Shown one piece after another: positions 1-9,841 of a stretch of DNA of 64,000 nt. The notes under the pieces are model-generated. The model searched no databases and was not told the DNA's origin. It saw nothing but the letters and a program-made list of their open reading frames with translations. Location of the stretch: contig OZ219858.1 in NCBI GenBank assembly GCA_964291395.2, positions 1,264,953 through 1,328,952 on the forward strand, given 5' to 3'. The DNA is from Alphaproteobacteria bacterium (GTDB lineage: Bacteria > Pseudomonadota > Alphaproteobacteria > UBA2966). Position 1 is the first letter of the stretch. The number at the start of each line of letters is the position of its first letter. A program made the translations under genes and the position numbers.

Positions 1-1263
1 GCGAAGGACGGGTTCGGTTCCCGACTTGCGCACGACGATACGACCGGATGAACCGAGTCGCGCCCGGCCGTCGTCGACGGCTTGCCGGACCTTTTCGTCC
101 TCCATGGGACGATCACCGTTCACGGAAACGTTGCGCAACACCTGGGGAAACGGGACGAACAGGCGTCCGGCCTCGCTCACGGGTTTTCCAGTCTCGACAA
201 AGACGGCGAGCGCCTGCAGCGCGGCGATCAATCCGTCGCCGGTGGTGTTGAAATCTCTCAGAATGATGTGGCCCGACTGCTCGCCGCCCACGTTGTGTCG
301 GTGTTCTCGCATGTGCTCGACGACGTAGCGGTCGCCGACCGGCATGCGCTCCAGCTTCAGTCTTCGTTCCGACAGATACCGTTCCAGGCCAAGATTGGAC
401 ATCACGGTGGCGACGATCGTGTCCGACGCCAGCCGATCCGCCGCTTGCCAGTGGGTGGCAACCAATGCCATCAGCTGATCACCGTCAAGCAATTCCCCCC
501 GTTCGTCGGCAAGCACGACCCGGTCCGCATCCCCATCCAGGGCCATCCCGATATCGGCGCCGTGGGCAACAACCTGACTGCACATCGCCTCCGGCGAAGT
601 GGAACCGCAGCCGTCGTTGATGTTGGTACCGTCCGGTGAGACGCCCAGGGGGATGATCGTGGCGCCGAGTTCCCAAAGGACGGTCGGCGCGACACTGTAG
701 GCCGCGCCGTTGGCGCAGTCGACGACCACCTTCACGCCGTCGAGGGTCCGTTCCTTGGGAAACGTGTTCTTGGCGAATTCGATATAGCGTCCTTCGACGT
801 CGTCGAGGCGGTTGGCGCGTCCGAGGCCCCCCGACGGCGCCATGCCGCCTTCTCCGCCCGCGCCCAACCGCGCTTCGATCTGCGCCTCGACCTCATCGGA
901 CAACTTGTATCCATCCGGACCGAACAACTTGATTCCATTGTCCTGGTACGGGTTGTGGGAGGCGGAGATGACCACACCCAGATCCGCTCTGAGCGATCGG
1001 GTCAGCATGGCCACCGCAGGCGTGGGCATGGGTCCGACCAGGGTCACGTCCATGCCGACCGCAATGAAGCCCGCAGTGAGTGCCGACTCGATCATGTAGC
1101 CGGAAAGCCGGGTATCCTTGCCGATAACGACTCGATGCCGATGCTCGCCGCGGAGGAACTGGCTGCCCGCCGCCTTGCCAACGGCCAAGGCTACGTCAGC
1201 CGTCATCGGCCATTCGTTGGCCGCGCCGCGAATTCCGTCAGTCCCGAAGTACTTCGGTGCCAT
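1..1263 (-). CDS. glmM: Phosphoglucosamine mutase, 3' end runs off the window
   Basis: Reverse strand from ATG at 1263 reads [13 protein letters not shown]... with [10 protein letters not shown] and VVISASHNP phosphoserine motif; follows folP. Confidence 0.95.
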   Translation of the reverse strand, partial: MAPKYFGTDGIRGAANEWPMTADVALAVGKAAGSQFLRGEHRHRVVIGKDTRLSGYMIESALTAGFIAVGMDVTLVGPMPTPAVAMLTRSLRADLGVVISASHNPYQDNGIKLFGPDGYKLSDEVEAQIEARLGAGGEGGMAPSGGLGRANRLDDVEGRYIEFAKNTFPKERTLDGVKVVVDCANGAAYSVAPTVLWELGATIIPLGVSPDGTNINDGCGSTSPEAMCSQVVAHGADIGMALDGDADRVVLADERGELLDGDQLMALVATHWQAADRLASDTIVATVMSNLGLERYLSERRLKLERMPVGDRYVVEHMREHRHNVGGEQSGHIILRDFNTTGDGLIAALQALAVFVETGKPVSEAGRLFVPFPQVLRNVSVNGDRPMEDEKVRQAVDDGRARLGSSGRIVVRKSGTEPVLR

Positions 1264-1348
1264 AGGCAATTTCTCCGGACCCTGCATCGGACTACGGAGT
1301 GTCGGCTTCGATCCGGTCGCGGATCGAATTGAAGGATCGGTTGGCTTT

Positions 1349-2527
1349 CTAGTCCGCAGGGGGTGTCCTTGTACAGTGAAATGGTCGTGTCTGCTCGGTC
1401 AGGTGGGCGTCGATCGCCGCCTGGAAGACAGTCGCCTGGCGGGTTTCGGCCACGTCGTGAACGCGCAACATCTGGACGCCCTGATTCTGCGCCCACAACG
1501 CGGCCGCCAAGGATCCCGGGAGTCGGTCGTCGGCGGCATCGCCCCCCGCCAAACGCCCGATGAAGCTCTTGCGCGAGGCACCCACCAGCACCGGACATCC
1601 AAGCGCATGGAACAGGGACACCCGCGCCAGAACGGCGGCGCTTTGCGGTGCCTGCTTCGCGAATCCGATCCCCGGATCGACGATCAGACGTTCACGCGGC
1701 AGGCTGGCCGACCCGCAGATCTCGATCCGCTCCGCCAGCCAGTCGAAGGCATCGAGCGCGACATGATCGTAGCTCGTCTGCCGGTGCATGGCCGAGAATT
1801 CGACGGGACAGTGCATGAGGACTACCGGAACATTCGCCGCGGCGGCGGCTCCTAAACTCCCCTCGCCGGTCAAGGCGCTGATGTCGTTGATCATGGAGGC
1901 TCCGGCGGCCACGCCTTCCGTCATGACCTGCGCGTGCCGCGTATCGACGGAAATCGATACCGAAAGTCCGGCCAGCGCCTGGATCACCGGAATGACGCGC
2001 GAAATCTCCTCGTCCACGCCGACCGGCAGCGCACCCCCGGGGCGCGTCGACTCGCCACCGACATCAATGACGTCGGCACCGGCTTCTACCATCTCATGGG
2101 CCGCATCGACCGCGGCCGATACGGAGGCAACCCGGCTTCCGGCGTAAAAGCTGTCGGGGGTCACGTTGACGACGCCCATGATCCGCGGTCGGCCGCCGGG
2201 AACTCCAGTCAGAGTCGGTGGAGCACGTGTCAGCCGGTCCAGCTGCTCATCGACCGCCCGGCCGTGAGCTTCACTCAGGGACCTCTTCCAGCGATCGATC
2301 TGCGAAAGATCGGCGAGGCCGGCACGGACATCGTTCCCTTCGCGGATCAGGACTTCGCAGCCGGAAAAGACATAGGCGCCACCGGCCAGCGGCAACGTGC
2401 GAGAACGATCCGGCGCTAGAGCGGCTTGGGCCCGCGGAAAAACCGGATGAGGACGCAGGTAAACCGCGACGTCTGGCTCAAGTCTTGAGGGGAGTTCAGG
2501 GGAGTCGGGCACGGCCGCGTTCCCCAA
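1349..2527 (-). CDS. folP: Dihydropteroate synthase with N-terminal extension
   Basis: [35 protein letters not shown] motifs; ftsH-folP-glmM synteny. Confidence 0.95.
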   Translation of the reverse strand: MGNAAVPDSPELPSRLEPDVAVYLRPHPVFPRAQAALAPDRSRTLPLAGGAYVFSGCEVLIREGNDVRAGLADLSQIDRWKRSLSEAHGRAVDEQLDRLTRAPPTLTGVPGGRPRIMGVVNVTPDSFYAGSRVASVSAAVDAAHEMVEAGADVIDVGGESTRPGGALPVGVDEEISRVIPVIQALAGLSVSISVDTRHAQVMTEGVAAGASMINDISALTGEGSLGAAAAANVPVVLMHCPVEFSAMHRQTSYDHVALDAFDWLAERIEICGSASLPRERLIVDPGIGFAKQAPQSAAVLARVSLFHALGCPVLVGASRKSFIGRLAGGDAADDRLPGSLAAALWAQNQGVQMLRVHDVAETRQATVFQAAIDAHLTEQTRPFHCTRTPPAD

Positions 2528-2541
2528 GGTCGGTGCCGAAT

Positions 2542-4473
<1,932 letters not shown>

Positions 4474-4607
4474 CCGTCTTCCTCGCTCGAGGGCGGCGTC
4501 TCGCCCCACGTATGACAACATACATTGCTTCGGGAACGCTGTCCCGTGGCAGTGAGGATTGCGGACTATCGCTCTACGCGGTCCCGCCTTTCCATCTCCC
4601 TTCTATT

Positions 4608-4634
4608 AAATAGGGGGAGTCTCCGCTGAGACAA
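4608..4634 (-). promoter_or_regulatory. Possible RpoH (sigma32)-type promoter of ftsH
   Basis: Minus strand TTG-N16-CCCTATTT, resembling the alphaproteobacterial RpoH consensus; ftsH is a known heat-shock gene. Confidence 0.35.
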
Positions 4635-4892
4635 CCGGAAACGACATCAATGTCGCTACAAGTCGCGAGTTGGGTACTGTCCCAAATAGCGACGCCGTGT
4701 GGAGTAGGTCCCTGGGGTCGGACAGCTTCACGCGGCGGCTTTGACCGGCTTGCGGGGCTGTAGGCAACACGGCCCCAGCAAGGAGGCAGCGGCCGCCATT
4801 GCCGGCCTAGTCTTCATTCATGTCAAAACGCGCGCAGCCAACATGGGTGCGCTAACATTCCGTTCATTGAATAAGCGGGAGGAACACGAGTC

Positions 4893-5294
4893 ATGGAGCC
4901 GTTGACACTGGACGAAGCCGTGCGCATGGCTTCGGCAGCCAGAGCCGAGGCCGACAAACTGAATATCAAAGTCGCAATATCGATCCTCGATCCGCGGGGC
5001 GATGTCATCGTCGTACACCGTATGGACGGAGCGCTCTGGCGTTCGGTTCCCATTTCGGAGGGCAAGGCGGCCGCATCCGCGGCCTGGAATACTCCCAGCG
5101 GAGAACTTGCAGAACGCTGGAGCCAGCCGACCTTTCAAGCCCTCTCGATGAGGGAAAACGGGCGACTCATTCCCTGGCAGGGTGCGCTACCCATACGCCG
5201 AGGAGACGGCACGATGGTGGGTGCAATCGGTGTCAGCGGCGCAAAGTCCGAGTTGGACGAACAGGTCGCCTCTGCGGGCCTCGCCGCGCTCTAA
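4893..5294 (+). CDS. GlcG/HbpS family heme-binding protein
   Basis: RMDGA...KA and GAIGVSG motifs; GGAGG RBS upstream. Confidence 0.85.
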   Translation: MEPLTLDEAVRMASAARAEADKLNIKVAISILDPRGDVIVVHRMDGALWRSVPISEGKAAASAAWNTPSGELAERWSQPTFQALSMRENGRLIPWQGALPIRRGDGTMVGAIGVSGAKSELDEQVASAGLAAL

Positions 5295-5531
5295 CGGAGA
5301 TACCCTATTCTTCAGTTCCGACCTTCTAAGCACCGTTAGTCGTGGTGGGAGAGGGTGGCTTCGCCGAAGGAAGATAGTCCGCTAAGGGTCAGAAGTCGAA
5401 GTTCAGCTCCCTCTTCCGGTACGACCGAAAACGGAGCTCGAGCGGACGGCAGAACACCCGTCAACTCACCGGTTCGATTGTCGTTTGGCGTCAACGGGTA
5501 TAATTCATTGAAATATAATAAGAAAATGGTC

Positions 5532-5609
5532 TAGCGGCCCCAACGGGACTTGAGCCAGTGTCTCGACCTTGAAGGGGTCGTGCCCTGGACCTGACTACAC
5601 GACGGGGTC
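5532..5609 (-). pseudogene. Degenerate tRNA-Glu(TTC)
   Basis: GACCCCGTCGTGTAGTCAGGTCCAGGGCACGACCCCTTCAAGGTCGAGACACTGGCTCAAGTCCCGTTGGGGCCGCTA: intact anticodon stem CGACC/GGTCG with TTC, but U33->C, T-loop CTCAAGT, acceptor, D and T stem mismatches, and CTA in place of CCA. Confidence 0.8.
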
Positions 5610-5669
5610 GTGCCGGCCCCTCATCTAGACGCTCCGACCTGTTTACGGCGGCTCGATAGCGCTTCACAG

Positions 5670-5830
5670 GTAGCGGCCGGGCGGTCCGGTCTCGGCGGTG
5701 CAAAATTGATGTGCCATCCATGGCCTTTTGTCTGTTTCGGCGAGGGGCGGGGGATGTACGGGGTGGAGTTCCATGCGGCGGTTCGGCTCACGGTTGTCGA
5801 TGAGGGTCTGAGCCACAGGGAAGTGTCGTC
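5670..5830 (+). mobile_element. IS21-family left end and istA 5' fragment
   Basis: ATG at 5754 gives MYGVEFHAAVRLTVVDEGLSHREVS, an IstA-like N-terminus, then similarity stops; upstream gtagcggccgg...gcaaaattg resembles IS21 ends. Confidence 0.7.
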
Positions 5831-5924
5831 CCGAAGGACGCAATCGGGAAAGCGGCCTGCGGGCTTGCCATGCAGCCGTCGGGAGTGACAGGTTTCGGGT
5901 ATACTAGCAGGAAGGAGCCCGGCG

Positions 5925-6764
5925 ATAATTTCGCGCCGTCACTTTCTCGCGACCTCGGCCGCCTCGGTGCTGCTGCCCTCGGCGGCCCGCGCTGTCGGCG
6001 CGCCGATGCCGATCTTCGACGCCCATATCCATTTCAGCCACGACGCCGCCGAGCGGTTTTCCGCCGGCGAAGCTGTTGCCATTTTGGAGGAGGCGGGGCT
6101 GAAGCGGGCGCTGGTGTCGAGCTCGGGCGACGCTGGCACCCGCGCGCTCCACGCCGCGGCGCCTGACCTTGTCCTGCCCAGCCTGCGCCCCTATCGCCGG
6201 CGCGGCGAAATCCACAGCTGGGTCGACGATTCATCGGTGATCGACTTCCTCGAGGATCGTCTGAAGCGCTTCAAGTGGGTCGCGGTCGGCGAATTCCACC
6301 TCTTCGCCTCGCAAACCGATAAGGCCGTGCCGCGGCGCATGATCGAACTGGCGCAGCAGCACAATCTTCTCCTGCACGCCCATTCGGACGCCGGTGCCGT
6401 CGACAGGATCTTTGCCCAATGGCCGGAAGCGCGGGTGCTGTGGGCCCATGCAGGCTTCGTCGATCCGGATATCGTCGGCCCGATGCTCGGAAAGCACGCG
6501 AACCTGTGGACCGACCTGGCCTTCCGCAGCGAACACGCCTATGGCGGCCGGGTCGACGACGACTGGCGCAGCCTGTTCGCCGACTTCCCGGACCGCGTCA
6601 TGGTCGGCACCGACACCTTCACGCCGGAGCGCTGGCACTATGTCGTCGAGCACGCCGACTGGACCAGGCAATGGCTGACCGACCTGCCGCCCGACCTCGC
6701 CGAAAAAATCGCCTGGCGCAACGGCGAGGCGATGATCCGGCCGCACCTGGCGCAATTGCGCTAG
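5925..6764 (+). CDS. Tat-exported amidohydrolase (amidohydro_2/TatD-like TIM barrel)
   Basis: DAHIH, GEFH, HAHSD, WAHAG, GTD metal ligands; in-frame upstream SRRHFL twin-arginine motif; AAGGAG RBS 7 nt before an ATA codon at 5925. Confidence 0.8.
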   Translation: MISRRHFLATSAASVLLPSAARAVGAPMPIFDAHIHFSHDAAERFSAGEAVAILEEAGLKRALVSSSGDAGTRALHAAAPDLVLPSLRPYRRRGEIHSWVDDSSVIDFLEDRLKRFKWVAVGEFHLFASQTDKAVPRRMIELAQQHNLLLHAHSDAGAVDRIFAQWPEARVLWAHAGFVDPDIVGPMLGKHANLWTDLAFRSEHAYGGRVDDDWRSLFADFPDRVMVGTDTFTPERWHYVVEHADWTRQWLTDLPPDLAEKIAWRNGEAMIRPHLAQLR

Positions 6765-6771
6765 CGGCACG

Positions 6772-7182
6772 ATGGCCCGGTGGTGCCTCGGCGGACCAGC
6801 GCTGGCGGTCGTGCTTGCGCTCGTCCTCGCGACCGGCCAGGCGGCGGCCTGCGCCCGTCCGCAGGGCTGGACCGGCGGCGCGAGAATTGTCGGCGAGCTA
6901 TGGACGGCATGGTGGCGATCGAAACCCGCTGCCATCCCGGTCGGCGCGCATTTTTCCATCCGTTTCCATCTGTGCGGGCCGCCGGTCGGTCGGGTCGGGG
7001 TGCGCGGCTGGATGCCTGACCACCGGCACGGCATGAACTACCGGCCCGCGGTGACTCTGAGCGGCTTTTCCGGAACGGCCGAAGGCCTGATGTTCCACAT
7101 GCCGGGGCGCTGGCAGCTGATTCTGGATGTCCGCGGTGCGGCGGGCCGGGAGAAGCTGACCGCCGAAACGGTGCTGGAGTGA
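6772..7182 (+). CDS. Secreted YtkA/FixH-like protein with His/Met motifs
   Basis: Signal peptide; WMPDHRHGMNY and LMFHMPGRWQL motifs; tight operon spacing. Confidence 0.7.
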   Translation: MARWCLGGPALAVVLALVLATGQAAACARPQGWTGGARIVGELWTAWWRSKPAAIPVGAHFSIRFHLCGPPVGRVGVRGWMPDHRHGMNYRPAVTLSGFSGTAEGLMFHMPGRWQLILDVRGAAGREKLTAETVLE

Positions 7183-8393
7183 CACCCCGGCGTTCCGGCG
7201 CGTCCGTCGCCGCCCGGCTGTCGCGATTTATAATTGTAATCTTTGTACTTTCAGGCATCGCGGTGTCGGCGCCAGCGCTCGACTTCACTGCCGAGGAAGA
7301 ACGTCGGATCCTGCGCCATGGGCCGTGGCCGCCGGCCTCGCGGCCCGATCCGAGCAACCGGGTTTCCGGCAAACCGGCCGCCATCGCCTTCGGTCGGGCG
7401 CTGTTCTTCGATCCGCGCCTGTCGTTCTCCGGTGCGGTCTCCTGCGCAACTTGCCACCCACCGGGCCGGGCTTGGACCGACGGCCTGCCGCGTAGTCGCG
7501 GGCACCGGACCGTCGACCGCAACGCGCCCAGCCTGTTCAACCTGCGCTTCAACCGCTGGTTCGGCTGGGACGGCGCGCAGGACACGCTGTGGGCGCAAAA
7601 CCTGCGGCCCCTGCTCGATGGCCGTGAAATGGGCGTCGGCCCCAGCGGCGCGGCGCGGCTGGTCCGCTCCGACCGGCAGCTTTCCTGCAGCTACCGGCGC
7701 GCTTTCGGCGTAGCGCCTGGCGCAGATGACGCATGGATTTTCGTCGATCTCGGCAAGGCGCTGGCGGCGTTCTTGGAAACCCAGGTCACCGGCCGCACGC
7801 CGTTCGACGATTTCCGCGACGCCCTGGCGCGCAACGATGCGGCCGGCCAGGCTCGCTATCCTGCCGCCGCCGTGCGCGGCCTACGCCTGTTCGTGGGCCG
7901 GGGCAACTGCGCCTTCTGCCATTTCGGCCCGACCTTTACCAACGGCGAGTTCGCCGATGCCGGCGTGCCGCATTTCGTCGAACCCGGCCGGGTCGATCCC
8001 GGCCGGCACGGCGGCATCCGTAAATTGCGCCGGAGCCCGTTCACCTTGCTGGGCCGCTTCAACGACGATGCTCAACGCTCCACCGCCGCCAAGACACGCT
8101 ATGTCCGTCTGCGCCAAAGTAACTTCGGCGAGTTCCGGGTGCCGGGCCTGCGCAACGTAGCGCTCACCGCGCCCTACATGCATGCCGGCAGCCTCGAGAC
8201 GCTCGCCGACGTCGCCCGCCACTATTCGACGATCGACGAGGAACGGCTGCACGCCGGAGGTGAACGGATTTTGCGCCGTCTGGACCTGAGCGCGCGCGAA
8301 CAGGTCGACCTCGTAGCCTTTCTCGAAACGCTGACGGAAAAAACACCGCTTCACGAATTCGTAGAGAAAACCGGAAACGCCTTGTGTCGATAG
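7179..8393 (+). CDS. Di-heme cytochrome c peroxidase/MauG/MbnH family enzyme
   Basis: Signal peptide, LFFDPRLS, CATCH and CAFCH heme sites, WDG, FRVPGLRNVALTAPYMHAG; GTGA overlap with the upstream gene. Confidence 0.92.
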   Translation: MTPRRSGASVAARLSRFIIVIFVLSGIAVSAPALDFTAEEERRILRHGPWPPASRPDPSNRVSGKPAAIAFGRALFFDPRLSFSGAVSCATCHPPGRAWTDGLPRSRGHRTVDRNAPSLFNLRFNRWFGWDGAQDTLWAQNLRPLLDGREMGVGPSGAARLVRSDRQLSCSYRRAFGVAPGADDAWIFVDLGKALAAFLETQVTGRTPFDDFRDALARNDAAGQARYPAAAVRGLRLFVGRGNCAFCHFGPTFTNGEFADAGVPHFVEPGRVDPGRHGGIRKLRRSPFTLLGRFNDDAQRSTAAKTRYVRLRQSNFGEFRVPGLRNVALTAPYMHAGSLETLADVARHYSTIDEERLHAGGERILRRLDLSAREQVDLVAFLETLTEKTPLHEFVEKTGNALCR

Positions 8394-8397
8394 GTTC

Positions 8398-8490
8398 CAG
8401 TTGCCGCCTATGGCAGTCCAAATTCTTCAGGATCTACCACGCGGGGTGAACAATCCCTGGGTGTTTCCGGACCGTATCGTGAATACGCTG
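8398..8490 (+). pseudogene. Tyrosine recombinase/integrase internal fragment
   Basis: Translates QLPPMAVQILQDLPRGVNNPWVFPD, like the LPR..NPWVFP segment of phage-type integrases; no catalytic motifs around it. Confidence 0.5.
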
Positions 8491-8567
8491 ACCCGTTCTG
8501 AAAGTTGGTCGCCGTTTGCACGCTTGCGTGGAACAGGGACGTTCATGCCGGCCGAAAGATATTGACC

Positions 8568-9038
8568 TCAATCCCCCGCGAACGCGATCAATCGCCCACA
8601 GACGAGTGCTCCCAGCCAGCAAACCGTTGAGAGGATAGCATGACCGGCTAGGCGGGCGCGCGGGGCGTCCTTGAGCAGGAACCCGTAGACCCGGCACAGA
8701 GCGAGCGTAGACAGTACCCCGACAGCGATGAAGGTTAGCTTGAGCTGCAGAAATCCGACACCACTGTATTCCCGCGCCCGGATCGAGAACAGCAGCGGTC
8801 CCGTGAGCAGGGCAAGGGTCAGCCCGCTCGCTGCAACGGGCGTGAGCACCCGCACCACCGCTTCGCGAGAGATACCATGCCACACGCCAAGAAGCCGCAG
8901 ATTGAGCGGGACGACGGACCCGATCAGCAGGGCGATCGCGAAGATGTGCGCGGTGTTGACCGCGGCATAGACCCAGCGGGAACCCCGCAGAGCCTGCGCC
9001 AGGGCCGTCCCCTCGAGCGCCGCGAACAGGGCCTCCAA
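8568..9038 (-). CDS. Four-TM membrane protein (DUF6644/DUF2214-like)
   Basis: Hydrophobic segments, TAHIFAIALLIGS and FLQLKL motifs; TTG start 4 nt after the upstream stop inferred. Confidence 0.75.
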   Translation of the reverse strand: MEALFAALEGTALAQALRGSRWVYAAVNTAHIFAIALLIGSVVPLNLRLLGVWHGISREAVVRVLTPVAASGLTLALLTGPLLFSIRAREYSGVGFLQLKLTFIAVGVLSTLALCRVYGFLLKDAPRARLAGHAILSTVCWLGALVCGRLIAFAGD

Positions 9039-9042
9039 GGTC

Positions 9043-9411
9043 TCAGTCGCGCCCGGGGTAAAGGACGTACTCGCGTTTGCCCAGGAATAGCCGTTCCACC
9101 TTGATCCGTTTTTCCGACACATCGTCGGCCGGTTCACCGATCAACCGGATTTCGACCCCTTCGGCCAGATCGCCGTCCTTGAGGCCGGCGCGTTCGTTGC
9201 GCCAGGGTTGACCGACCTCGGCCGTCCATTCGTCGCCTTCCACGTCGATCTTCAGAATGCCGTGGGGATTGCCCAGGCGGACGGTCATGATAATGCCGGT
9301 CAGATCGATATTGCCGCCGGTCGTCCACGACCAGCCGTGATGGGCCAGAGTCCCGACCGTCGGAGCCGTGAGTCCCAGGGCCAGGACCGTGATGAACAAG
9401 AGCCTCATCAT
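9043..9411 (-). CDS. Secreted DUF6152-like protein
   Basis: AGGAG RBS, signal peptide ending TLA then HHGWS, and NPH motif. Confidence 0.8.
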   Translation of the reverse strand: MMRLLFITVLALGLTAPTVGTLAHHGWSWTTGGNIDLTGIIMTVRLGNPHGILKIDVEGDEWTAEVGQPWRNERAGLKDGDLAEGVEIRLIGEPADDVSEKRIKVERLFLGKREYVLYPGRD

Positions 9412-9629
9412 AGTGCTCCTCCGATGCCGCAAGCGTTGCTGGGAAGGTTGCGTCACGCGATCGGACATTCAAGCCGACACTTCCCAGACAACCGTCAAGT
9501 CCGTGGCGATTATACTCTTGGAGAATAGATGACCGAACTGTTAAGCAAGGCACGTGCCTGGGTGAGTAGCTGAAGGGGTTTCCTGCAAGTAAGGATCGCC
9601 GGCAGCTCGATGCCGGTCGTGATCATGTC

Positions 9630-9767
9630 CTGCGCTGCCTGGAAGAACACGAGGCCAAGGTTAAGGCGTTGCAAAATGCGCTGATCGCCGGAGAGCGGTC
9701 GGGAGAGCCTCGCCGGTTCGACGACGAGGCTTTCGAGAAGGGCATGAGGGACAAGCATGTTCGGTGA
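9630..9767 (+). pseudogene. 3' half of a ParD (CC2985-like) antitoxin
   Basis: LRCLEEHEAKVKALQNALIAGERSGEPRRFDDEAFEKGMRDKHVR*; N-terminal RHH domain and an intact parE are absent. Confidence 0.7.
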
Positions 9768-9793
9768 CCAGCGGGCGTGGCGGTGTGGGATAT

Positions 9794-9822
9794 GTGTTCC
9801 CGACCACGCGGGGATGAACCCG
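9794..9822 (+). CRISPR. Single orphan, degenerate type I-E-like CRISPR repeat (not an array)
   Basis: GTGTTCCCGACCACGCGGGGATGAACCCG versus the I-E type GTGTTCCCCGCGCACGCGGGGATGAACCG; no second copy or cas gene seen. Confidence 0.6.
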
Positions 9823-9841
9823 TCAATTCCTTTCGGCAGAG

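Noticed and set aside
2190-2527. N-terminal extension of FolP as a novel fusion
   Set aside because: Similar extensions are, to my knowledge, common in alphaproteobacterial FolP
4633-4700. IS-end-like motifs (AACCGGAAAC...TCGCTACA; GGTACTGTCCCAAATAGC) at the left island edge
   Set aside because: Short, no partner end or transposase remnant recognised; cannot be supported without a search
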